Source: an uncultured Candidatus Rokubacteria bacterium (GTDB taxonomy: Bacteria > Methylomirabilota > Methylomirabilia > Rokubacteriales > DASRDR01). From it: 17,557 nt of DNA. Numbering within the stretch: position 1 is the stretch's first letter; each line of letters opens with the position of its first letter. Made by a program: the position numbers and the translations under genes. Location: NCBI GenBank assembly GCA_963708025.1, contig CAVPSB010000046.1:1-17557 (forward strand), read 5' to 3'. The notes beneath the pieces were generated by a model, which did no database searches, was not told where the DNA came from, and worked only from the letters and a program-made list of their open reading frames with translations. This document shows, in pieces, positions 7,308 through 15,054 of the stretch.

Positions 7308-8087
7308 CTACCCACCCGGGCGGCGGCGGGCCACCCCCGCCAGGGCGCCGCCGTCCACCCTCAGATCGGCGCCGGTCGTGAAGGACGACTCGTCGGAGGC
7401 CAGGAACAGGACGGCGTAGGAGACCTCCTCCGGCCGGGCGCCACGTCCCATCGGGTAGGCGGCGAAGCGCGCCTTGAGCCAATCTTGGTCGAGCCCGGCC
7501 AGCATGGCCGTGCCGAGCACGCCTCCGGGGGTGATGGAGTTCACCCGGATGTCCGGCGCCAGCGTGACCGCCGCCGCCCGGGTGAGCAGGTGGACGGCCG
7601 CCTTGCTCGCCTGGTAGGCGATCATGAACTCCGTCCCCAGCGCGCCGATGACGGACGAGATGTTGACGATCGAGCCGCCGCCGGCCCGCCGCATGGCGGG
7701 GATCACCCGCTGGATGCCGAGGAACGTGCCGGTCTGGTTCACGGCGACGACCGAGTGCCACTCCTCGAGCGAGCAGTCCACCACGCCGGCAGAGCCGGTG
7801 ATCCCCGCGTTGTTGACGAGCACGTCCAGCTTCCCGTAGGCCTGCTCGGCCAGGCTCACGGCGGCGTCCCAGTCCGCGAGGCGAGTTACGTCCAGGTGCA
7901 CGTAGCGCGCCTCCAGGCCCGCCTCCCGCAGCCGCGCCGCGGTCTGCTCGCCGGCCTCGTCGAGGACGTCGCCGAGGACCACCCGGGCGCCGTGCTCGGC
8001 CAGCAGCCGGCCATGGCTGGCGCCCTGCCCGCGCGCGCCACCGGAGATCAGCGCGACCTTGCCTTCGACCCGCCCCTTCGTGACCAT
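7308..8087 (-). CDS. Classical short-chain dehydrogenase/reductase (3alpha,20beta-HSD/cyclopentanol-dehydrogenase-like), probably NAD-preferring
   Basis: SGGARGQG, acidic residue in VLGDV, NNAG, NISS, catalytic YQASK and VDGG. SD AGGAG 8 nt before ATG 8087 (alternative GTG 8093). Confidence 0.95.
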   Translation of the reverse strand: MVTKGRVEGKVALISGGARGQGASHGRLLAEHGARVVLGDVLDEAGEQTAARLREAGLEARYVHLDVTRLADWDAAVSLAEQAYGKLDVLVNNAGITGSAGVVDCSLEEWHSVVAVNQTGTFLGIQRVIPAMRRAGGGSIVNISSVIGALGTEFMIAYQASKAAVHLLTRAAAVTLAPDIRVNSITPGGVLGTAMLAGLDQDWLKARFAAYPMGRGARPEEVSYAVLFLASDESSFTTGADLRVDGGALAGVARRRPGG

Positions 8088-8103
8088 GCTCACGACTCCT
8101 ATT

Positions 8104-8171
8104 GTTTGGGACCTCCCGCCTACCCCTCCAGCCCCCCTCCCCCACCACCGGGGGGAGGGGGGTGCCGGAGG
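8104..8171 (-). repeat. Hairpin-forming intergenic repeat, copy 2 (inverted relative to copy 1)
   Basis: Reverse complement CCTCCGGCACCCCCCTCCCCCCGGTGGTGGGGGAGGGGGGCTGGAGGGGTAGGCGGGAGGTCCCAAAC. Internal 12-bp stem 8132-8143/8151-8162. Confidence 0.85.
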
Positions 8172-8181
8172 ACCCGACTTC

Positions 8182-9213
8182 TCAGATCGAAGCGCCGCCG
8201 TAGGTCAGCGCGATCGCCAGCACGTCGGCCGGGGTCTCGTCCAGGAGCCGGAACGCCTCGGCCGCCTGCTCGAACGGGACCCGATGGGTGATCATCTCCG
8301 CGGTGTGGAGGCCGGGCAGCAGCTCGATCGCGGTGGACGTCCGCCGCCGGAAGTCCCACCGCGACGGGCGCAGCGCGGGGCTCAGGCCGCCGACCATCGT
8401 GCTGACGATCTTCTGGCGGCCGACGTGGAACTCCGGGGTGAGGACCAGCTCCACCGGCCGGTCGCCGTAGAACGAGGCGACCACGACGGTCCCCTCGCGT
8501 CCGGTCGTCCGGATCGCCTGCTGGAGCGCTGCGGGTGCGCCGCTCGCCTCGAAAGCGACGTCGGCGCCCCGGCCGTCGCTAGCCGTCCGCACCGCCGCCT
8601 CGACGTCCTCGGGGGCGACCGCGACGTCGGCGCCCAGCGCGAGCGCGAGCCGGCGCCGCATCGGAAGGGGATCGACCACGATCACCCGGCGGGCCGTGCG
8701 CCGGGCGAGCTGGCCCAGGAACAGCCCGACGACGCCCTGGCCGAACACGACGGCCACCTCGCCCAGGGTCACCGGCGCGTCGAGCAGGGCGTTCACGGCG
8801 ACCTCGGCCAGGTTGAGGAACATGGCCACCTCGGGATCCATGTCGCCGGGCAGCCCCACGACCACCGCCCGGTTGTTGTGCTCGACGGGCGCGGTGAACA
8901 GGTCCTGGTGCGGATGGCGCGCGTAGACGAGGTCGCCGGGCCGGTGGGGCGCGCCGGGACCGGCCTCGACCACCCGGCCCACGCACAGGTAGGCGAACTT
9001 GACCGGGAATCCGGGGCCCCCCGCCATGGTGGGATGGCCCACGTCCACCTCCGGGGCCGCGTGGCCACGGTAGTACTTCAGCTCGGTGCCGGCGCTGATC
9101 GCGGAGACGAGCGTCCGCACCGTGACCTCGCGCTCGCCCGGCGACCGGACCGTCTCGGTCAGCACCTCGGCCCGGCGCGGCGCGGTGAACCAGACGGCAC
9201 GGCCCGTTTTCAT
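8182..9213 (-). CDS. Medium-chain dehydrogenase/reductase (MDR, zinc-ADH-like; SAGTE subgroup)
   Basis: MKTGRAVWFTAPR..., SAISAGTE, Rossmann VVFGQGVVG, VVDP, GRGADVAFEASG and ITHRVPFEQAAEAF. It has its own SD GGAGAG before ATG 9213, yet is in frame with the upstream permease. Confidence 0.9.
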   Translation of the reverse strand: MKTGRAVWFTAPRRAEVLTETVRSPGEREVTVRTLVSAISAGTELKYYRGHAAPEVDVGHPTMAGGPGFPVKFAYLCVGRVVEAGPGAPHRPGDLVYARHPHQDLFTAPVEHNNRAVVVGLPGDMDPEVAMFLNLAEVAVNALLDAPVTLGEVAVVFGQGVVGLFLGQLARRTARRVIVVDPLPMRRRLALALGADVAVAPEDVEAAVRTASDGRGADVAFEASGAPAALQQAIRTTGREGTVVVASFYGDRPVELVLTPEFHVGRQKIVSTMVGGLSPALRPSRWDFRRRTSTAIELLPGLHTAEMITHRVPFEQAAEAFRLLDETPADVLAIALTYGGASI

Positions 9214-10038
9214 GTTCGACTCTCCGCGCTGTCCCGCGAGGCGCGGGTCCAGCGCCTGCCGGAGCCCGTCCCCCAGGAGGTTGAACGCCAGCACGGCCAG
9301 GAAGATGGCGGCCCCGGGAAAGAGGGAGTACCAGGGGGCCACCTCGATGTACTGGTAGGCCGTCCTCAGCATCGACCCCCAGGCCGGCGCCGGAGGCTGG
9401 ACGCCCAGGCCCAGGAAGCTCAGCGCCGCCTCGAAGAGGATCGCCTGGCCGAGCATGACCGACGATTGCACCAGCACCGGCGGGGAGACGTTCGGCCAGA
9501 TGTACCGGACCATGATCCGGGCGTCGTTGGCGCCGACCGATCGAGCCGCCTCGATGTACTCGTACTCGCGCACGGCCAGCGTCTGCGATCGGACCAGGCG
9601 GGCGAAGACGGGGGCGTAGACGATCCCGATGGCGACCATGGCGTTGGCGAGCCCGGGGCCGAGGATCGCCGCCACCGCGAGCGCGAGGACGAGTCCCGGG
9701 AACGACCAGAGGGCATCGGCCACGCGCATCAACACCTCGTCGAGCCAGCCGCCGAAGTGGCCGGCCAGCAAGCCCATCGGCACCCCGAAGACGAGGGCGA
9801 GCCCGACCGAGATGGCGCCGGCGGCCAGGGACGGCCGCACCCCGTAGACCAGCCGGGTGAGGAGGTCCCGGCCGAGCTCGTCGGTGCCCAGGAGATGCCC
9901 GGGACCCGGCCCGGCGAGAATCGCGTCGTGATCTTGACGGGTGGGGCTGTACGGCGCCAGCGCGGGTCCGACCAGCGCCACCAGGACCAGGAGCCCGGCC
10001 ACTGCCAGTCCGAAGCCCGTGCCAGGGGCGCGCACCAT
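9214..10038 (-). CDS. DppC/OppC-type ABC permease (no stop before the MDR gene; start ATG 10038 or upstream ATC 10110)
   Basis: HLLGTDELGRDLLTRLVYG, EAA loop YIEAARSVGA, EAALSFLGLG and FNLLGDGLRQALDPR. Confidence 0.92.
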
Positions 10039-10127
10039 CCGCAGGGGCCGCCGGGCCCCCCGGGCGGCGCGCGCCGGCTCGCGCGCGATGGCCGGGCCGA
10101 GGGCAACGATGGCGGGTATCCCCTGGC

Positions 10128-11078
10128 TCAGCGGTGACGGACCCGCGGGTCCACCGCGCCGCACAGGAGGTCGGTGACGAGGTTCACCACGAGCACCGCG
10201 AGGGCGAACATGAGGATCGCGCCCTGCAGTGCCGAGTAGTCGCGAAAGGCCGCGCTGTCGACGGCCAGGCGGGCCAGGCCGGGCAGCGCGAAGACGGTCT
10301 CGACCACCACCGCCGCGCCGAAGACGCGGCCGGTCTGGAGGCCGAAGATGGTGATCACCGGGATGAGCGCGTTCCTCAGCGCGTGCCGGCCCACGACCAG
10401 CCACTCCGACAGGCCCTTGGCCCGGGCCGTGGTGACGTACTCGCGGTGCAGCACGTTGACCATGGCCGAGTGCACCTGGCGCATCAGGATGGCCGCCTGC
10501 CCGAGCCCGAGCGTGAGCGCCGGCAGCGCCATGGTCCGGAGGTTGGCGACGGGGTCGGCGGCCAGCGGCGTGAAGCCGCTGGCCGGCAGCAGGCGCAGCG
10601 CCACCGCGAAGAGGTAGATCATGAGGATCCCGAGCCAGAAATCGGGCATCGCGAGCCCACCGGTGGTCCCGACCGTCGCCACCGCCCGGAGCGTCCGACC
10701 CCGCCGGGCGGCGGAGACCACCCCGAGCGGAACGGCCATTCCGGCGGCGATCAGCATCCCCAGGATGGTCAGCTCGAGGGTGACCGGGAGCCGCTGGACC
10801 AGCTCGAAGGCGACGGGGGTCTGACTCCGGACGGATGTCCCGAGATTGCCCCGGGACACCTGCTCCATCCAGCGCAGGTACTGGACGGCGACCGGCCGGT
10901 CCAGCCCGAGCTGCTTGTGCATGGCGTCGTACGCCACCTGGTCCCGGGGCGCCGTCTCGCCGAGGAAGGCCAGGACCGGGTCGCCGGGCATCAGGTGGGC
11001 CAGCAGGAACGTCACCACCGACACCAGGAAGAGCGTCGGCAGCATCGTCAGCAGGCGACGAACGACGTAGCCGGCCAC
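10128..11078 (-). CDS. DppB/OppB-type ABC permease
   Basis: YVVRRLL, PGDP, LGLDRP..VQY, GNLGTS, YVTTARAKGL, HALRNALIP, VETVFALPGL and DPRVR. Confidence 0.95.
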   Translation of the reverse strand: MAGYVVRRLLTMLPTLFLVSVVTFLLAHLMPGDPVLAFLGETAPRDQVAYDAMHKQLGLDRPVAVQYLRWMEQVSRGNLGTSVRSQTPVAFELVQRLPVTLELTILGMLIAAGMAVPLGVVSAARRGRTLRAVATVGTTGGLAMPDFWLGILMIYLFAVALRLLPASGFTPLAADPVANLRTMALPALTLGLGQAAILMRQVHSAMVNVLHREYVTTARAKGLSEWLVVGRHALRNALIPVITIFGLQTGRVFGAAVVVETVFALPGLARLAVDSAAFRDYSALQGAILMFALAVLVVNLVTDLLCGAVDPRVRHR

Positions 11079-11134
11079 GCTCGATGGGGTTCAGGGAGAT
11101 CCGGGCCCGGAACGACGGGGGGACGACCCGAGCG

Positions 11135-12751
11135 CTACTTGCTCAGCCACACCTCGGAGAAGTCCGGGATGCCGAACTCGACGGCCAGTCCCTCCATCTT
11201 CGCGCTGACCACGTAGTTGAAGGGCAGCGAGTACCCGGTGCCGAGATAGGCCTGCTCCTGGAGGCGGGCCAGCACCTTGCGGTAGGCGCCGGACCGGCCC
11301 TTCGAATCCAGGACCTCGTCGGCGTCCTTCATCAGCTTGTCGATCTGCGGGTCCTTGAAGCCCGCCCAGTTGTACGGGCCGTCCGACATGACGCTGGAGG
11401 CGATCTGCACCGGGTCGGCGTGGTTGGGCGTGTTCCGGGAGAACATGGCCTGATAGTTCATCCCGCGGACCGCGTTGATCCAGGTCAGGCGCTCCATCGC
11501 CCTGAGCGTCGTCTTGATGCCGAGCTTGGTCCACATCTCGGCGGCGAACTGCCCGATCGTCACCTCGGGCTCGCGCTGGATGACCAGCAGCTCGATCTCG
11601 ACCCCGTTGGGGTGGCCGGCTTCCCGCAAGAGCTGGCCCACCTTGCCCGGGTTGTACTCGTACTTGACGATGCCGTCGTCGTAGCCGGGCATGTTCGGCG
11701 TCCAGTACGGGTAGTAGCGGGGCTTGGCGTAGCCGAAGCCGAGCACCTTGGCCATCCCCTCGCGGTCGATGCCGTGAAGGGCCGCCTGGCGGACGCGGAG
11801 GTCGTTGAACGGCGGCTTGTAGATGTTCATGCCCATCTGGAAGTACGTCGGCCCCGCCCAGGGCCACTCGATCAGCTTGAGGCGAGGGTTGGCCCGGAGG
11901 GGGCGCAGCTGGTTGGCCGGCATGTTCTCGGCCGCCGTGAGCTGGCCGGACTGAAGGTCCGGTACCGCGACGGTGAGGTCGGGGATGTAGCGGGAGACGA
12001 AGCTGTCGATGTACGGGAGGGGCTTCCCGTCGGCGCCGCCACGCCAGTAGTCCGGGTTCCGCTCGAGAACGAGCCGGTCGTCGGTGACCCACTGCTTGAA
12101 CCGCATCGGGCCGGTCCCGCTCGGCGTGCGCGCGATCCCTTCCTCGCCGAGCTTGTCGAAGGCCGCCTTGGACATCATGCCCATGAGGCCGAAGTTCCCC
12201 CCCGAGACCCGGAACGGGAGCGCCCCCGACGGCGCCTTGAGCCGGACCCGCAGGGTGGTCGCATCGGGCGCCTCGATCGCGGCGACGTCGGCGAGGTAGG
12301 ACTTCGAGAAGGACTTGGGGTGATCGCGGAGCCGCTCCAGGTTCCACTTGGCGACCTGCGCGTTGAACTCGCTGCCGTCGTGGAACTTCACGCCCCGGCG
12401 CAGGCGGAACACGACCGTCCGGGGGTCAGTCTGCTCCCACGACTCGGCCAGCCCCGGCTTCAGCTCGAAGGTCTCCGCCTTCGGGTCCGTCATGTCGTAG
12501 CGGAGAAGGTAGTCGAACAGCATGTGGTAGCCGGCCGGCAGGGAATAGGACGACAGGTGGACGTCGAAGGTCGGGTAGGTGAAGGCCTGAGCCTGGACGA
12601 CCTCGCCACCGCGCTGGATCGCGCGCGCGCCCGAGCCCGCCGGCTGAGCGGAGGCGTGACGGGCGGTCGCATCCAGGGCCGTCAGGCCAAACAGGGTCAG
12701 ACCGCCACCCAGGAAGGACCGCCGGCTGGTCAGCGTGGCCACCTGACGCAT
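11135..12751 (-). CDS. Family-5 (DppA/OppA/NikA-type) ABC substrate-binding protein with a Tat signal peptide
   Basis: SD GGAGGAG before ATG 12751. Twin-arginine SRRSFL and AxA site (ASA-Q). Motifs PGLAESWE, LRRGVKFHDGSEFNA, GTGPMRF, ERNPDYW and PFNDLRVRQA. Confidence 0.95.
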   Translation of the reverse strand: MRQVATLTSRRSFLGGGLTLFGLTALDATARHASAQPAGSGARAIQRGGEVVQAQAFTYPTFDVHLSSYSLPAGYHMLFDYLLRYDMTDPKAETFELKPGLAESWEQTDPRTVVFRLRRGVKFHDGSEFNAQVAKWNLERLRDHPKSFSKSYLADVAAIEAPDATTLRVRLKAPSGALPFRVSGGNFGLMGMMSKAAFDKLGEEGIARTPSGTGPMRFKQWVTDDRLVLERNPDYWRGGADGKPLPYIDSFVSRYIPDLTVAVPDLQSGQLTAAENMPANQLRPLRANPRLKLIEWPWAGPTYFQMGMNIYKPPFNDLRVRQAALHGIDREGMAKVLGFGYAKPRYYPYWTPNMPGYDDGIVKYEYNPGKVGQLLREAGHPNGVEIELLVIQREPEVTIGQFAAEMWTKLGIKTTLRAMERLTWINAVRGMNYQAMFSRNTPNHADPVQIASSVMSDGPYNWAGFKDPQIDKLMKDADEVLDSKGRSGAYRKVLARLQEQAYLGTGYSLPFNYVVSAKMEGLAVEFGIPDFSEVWLSK

Positions 12752-12827
12752 GCTGTGACTCCTCCGTCTCGAGGCTCGCCGGAGCAAGAACGCGTGTACG
12801 AGCACTAGACCACCCGCGGCGGCAGAG

Positions 12828-12833
12828 TGTCAA
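12828..12833 (-). promoter_or_regulatory. Perfect -35 hexamer TTGACA upstream of the family-5 ABC operon
   Basis: Lies about 80 nt upstream of ATG 12751. The matching -10 is weak (TCTAGT at 18 nt spacing). Confidence 0.4.
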
Positions 12834-12836
12834 GTC

Positions 12837-12865
12837 CGCCGGCCGCGTGTTCGCCGGCCGCGTGT
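12837..12865. repeat. Tandem 14-bp direct repeat CGCCGGCCGCGTGT x2 (period 15) between divergent promoters
   Basis: Exact copies at 12837-12850 and 12852-12865; the core CGCGTGT recurs at 12791-12797. Confidence 0.75.
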
Positions 12866-12873
12866 CGCTCGGG

Positions 12874-12902
12874 TTGCGGTTCCCCGGCGCCCGTAGTACC
12901 GT
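12874..12902 (+). promoter_or_regulatory. Candidate sigma70 promoter TTGCGG-N17-TACCGT giving a (near-)leaderless mRNA
   Basis: Canonical 17-nt spacing. The -10 ends 8 nt before ATG 12911, which lacks an SD. Confidence 0.4.
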
Positions 12903-12910
12903 CGGCGGCG

Positions 12911-13813
12911 ATGCCCGGACCCGCCGAGTCCCTCTATTCCGTCTCGCAGCTCTCGACGCCACGCAACACCTTCGCCGAGGACGTCGCGCAGCTGGCCCGG
13001 ACCGGCGCCCGGGGCATCGGCATCTGGGAACCGAAGCTCCCGCCGGATGGCGACGCGGCGGCGCTGGAGATGCTCGCCCGCGCCGGCCTCCGAGCGACCC
13101 TCTGCGTGCCGGCGCTCTGGACCATCCTGCCGTCGCGGCTGGTGCCCGAGCCGGCGGATCCGGCGCGACGGCTGGAGCTGATCTGCTCGAGCATCCGCCG
13201 GCTCGCCCGCTTCGAGCCCGTCGCCTACCTGATCTGCGGCGGCGCGATCGGCGATCACGCGCCGGCCTCCGCGCTCGACCTGGTGGCGCGACACCTGGCC
13301 GTCATCGCCGACGCCGCCGCCGAGGTCGGGGGCACGGTCGGCCTCGAGCCGATCCGGATCGGTGCCGGGAGCACCGGGCCCGTGGTCAACACCGTCGCCG
13401 AAGCCACGCCGTTGATCGAAGCCGTCGGGCGGGCGAACGTCGGGATCGTCTGGGACGTCTGGCACCTCTGGGACGAGCCGGACCGGGACCGCCTGATCCG
13501 GGAGCACGTCGATCGCATCGTCGGGGTCCAGGTCAACGACTGGCGCGAGCCCACGCGCGGCTGGTGCGACCGGGCCCTGCCCGGCGAGGGGCGCGCCGAT
13601 GTGGCCGGGATCATCGCGGCATTGCTCCAGAGCGGCTACCACGGATGGTACGACCTCGAGATCTTCTCGGACGATGGCCGGTTCGGGACCGCGTATCCCG
13701 ATTCCCTGTGGGCGCTGCCCCACGAGGAGATGCTGGCCCGGGCGCGGCGGTCCTTCGAGGGAGCGTGGACCCAGGGCCGGGAGCGCGCCGCCCGGCGCGG
13801 CGGAGGCGGGTGA
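12911..13813 (+). CDS. Sugar-phosphate isomerase/epimerase (xylose-isomerase-like TIM barrel, AP_endonuc_2/IolE-IolI-like)
   Basis: Metal-ligand pattern GLEP, WDVWH, QVND, DRALPGEG and DLEIFS. Confidence 0.9.
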   Translation: MPGPAESLYSVSQLSTPRNTFAEDVAQLARTGARGIGIWEPKLPPDGDAAALEMLARAGLRATLCVPALWTILPSRLVPEPADPARRLELICSSIRRLARFEPVAYLICGGAIGDHAPASALDLVARHLAVIADAAAEVGGTVGLEPIRIGAGSTGPVVNTVAEATPLIEAVGRANVGIVWDVWHLWDEPDRDRLIREHVDRIVGVQVNDWREPTRGWCDRALPGEGRADVAGIIAALLQSGYHGWYDLEIFSDDGRFGTAYPDSLWALPHEEMLARARRSFEGAWTQGRERAARRGGGG

Positions 13814-13818
13814 GCGGC

Positions 13819-15027
13819 ATGGAGTACGTCGCGCGCGACGTGGAGCTGGTCGGGTACCACGACCTCGGCGGCAAGCCTGGCTTCAAGCTCGCCCTGCAGG
13901 TCGTCGGCGGCCGCTGGTACCTCTACCTCGGGCACCTGTGGCACCGGCAGTGGTCGATCCTCGACGTCACCGATCCCAAGCGCCCGGAGCAAGTCGGGGA
14001 GATCGCCGGCCCGGACAACACGTTCACCATCCAGGTACAGGCCGCCGACGGGAAGCTGATCACCGCGCTCGAGCACTGCCCGCCCGGCTGGGGGGGCGAC
14101 CCGCAGCGCCCGGCCGAGGAGGGCGTCCTGGTCTGGGACCTCGCGGATCCCGTCCGCCCGCGGCGGCTCTCGCACTGGCGCACCGGGGGGACGGGCACGC
14201 ACCGGAACTACTACGCGGGTGGACGCTACGCCCACCTGGCGGCCGGCATGCGGGGGTTCAACCGACACATCTACGTGATCCTCGACCTGGCGGATCCCGC
14301 GCAGCCGCGCGAGGTCGGGCGCTGGTTCCTGCCCGAGCAGTACCTGGCCGGGGGCGGCAAGCCCGCCGGCATTCCCGCACTTCACGGGCCGGCGGCCATC
14401 GAGGGCGACCGGGCCTACCTGCCCTACGGGGCGGCGGGGATGGTCATCCTGGACGTCTCGGACGTCGGGGCGCCCCGGCTCGTGAGCCGCCTCGACTTCG
14501 GCTCCGCGCTCGGGAGCTGGCTCGGCGTCCACACCGTGGTGCCGCTGCCGCGGCGGGGGCTTGCCGTGGTGAACACCGAGGCCATCGCCGAGGACTCCGA
14601 CGAACCGCTCAACTTCACGGCGATCGTCAACATCTCGAAGGAGGCGGCGCCCCGCGTCCTGTCGCTGTTCCCGGTGCCCGAGCCCCCGCCGGGGGCAACC
14701 TACCCGAACCTCCAGCGCCGCGGTGGCCGCTTCGGGCCGCACAACCAGCACCACTGGCAGCACCAGCCCCACCTGCTGGACCGGGATGACCTCGTGTACC
14801 TGACCTATTTCAACGCCGGGCTGCGCATCTACGATATCCGCGACCCCTATCTGCCGCGCGAAGTCGGCTATTTCCTGTCCGCCGACCCGGTCGAGCGCCG
14901 GGGGCTCCTTCCCCGGACGCTCGTCACCCAGTCCGAGGACGTGCTGGTCGACGCCCGCGGCTACGCGTACCTCACCGACAAGAACCACGGCCTCACCGTG
15001 GTCCGCTACGTCGGCGACCGGGCCTGA
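13819..15027 (+). CDS. LVIVD-repeat beta-propeller protein, cytoplasmic (alternative start GTG 13810 overlapping the upstream stop)
   Basis: Repeated blades WSILDVTDPKRP, GVLVWDLADPVRP, YVILDLADPAQPREVG, GMVILDVSDVGAP and GLRIYDIRDPYLPREVG, plus GGRFGPHN. No signal peptide. Confidence 0.9.
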   Translation: MEYVARDVELVGYHDLGGKPGFKLALQVVGGRWYLYLGHLWHRQWSILDVTDPKRPEQVGEIAGPDNTFTIQVQAADGKLITALEHCPPGWGGDPQRPAEEGVLVWDLADPVRPRRLSHWRTGGTGTHRNYYAGGRYAHLAAGMRGFNRHIYVILDLADPAQPREVGRWFLPEQYLAGGGKPAGIPALHGPAAIEGDRAYLPYGAAGMVILDVSDVGAPRLVSRLDFGSALGSWLGVHTVVPLPRRGLAVVNTEAIAEDSDEPLNFTAIVNISKEAAPRVLSLFPVPEPPPGATYPNLQRRGGRFGPHNQHHWQHQPHLLDRDDLVYLTYFNAGLRIYDIRDPYLPREVGYFLSADPVERRGLLPRTLVTQSEDVLVDARGYAYLTDKNHGLTVVRYVGDRA

Positions 15028-15054
15028 CCCGGCCGGCCGGCGGCTCGTCCCCCG

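Noticed and set aside
7217..8171. Autonomous IS element or CRISPR array
   Set aside because: There are only two diverged inverted copies, with no transposase, spacers or cas genes. The enclosed gene is an SDR.
11079..11134. Palindrome TCCGGGCCCGGA (11100-11111) between the binding-protein and permease genes
   Set aside because: It is short and GC-rich with no loop or U-tract, so it could be chance; at most a minor mRNA stem.
12847..13818. Apparent 726-aa LVIVD protein with a long N-terminal extension
   Set aside because: The extension overlaps the isomerase gene in another frame and is R/G/A-rich noise. The real start is 13810 or 13819.
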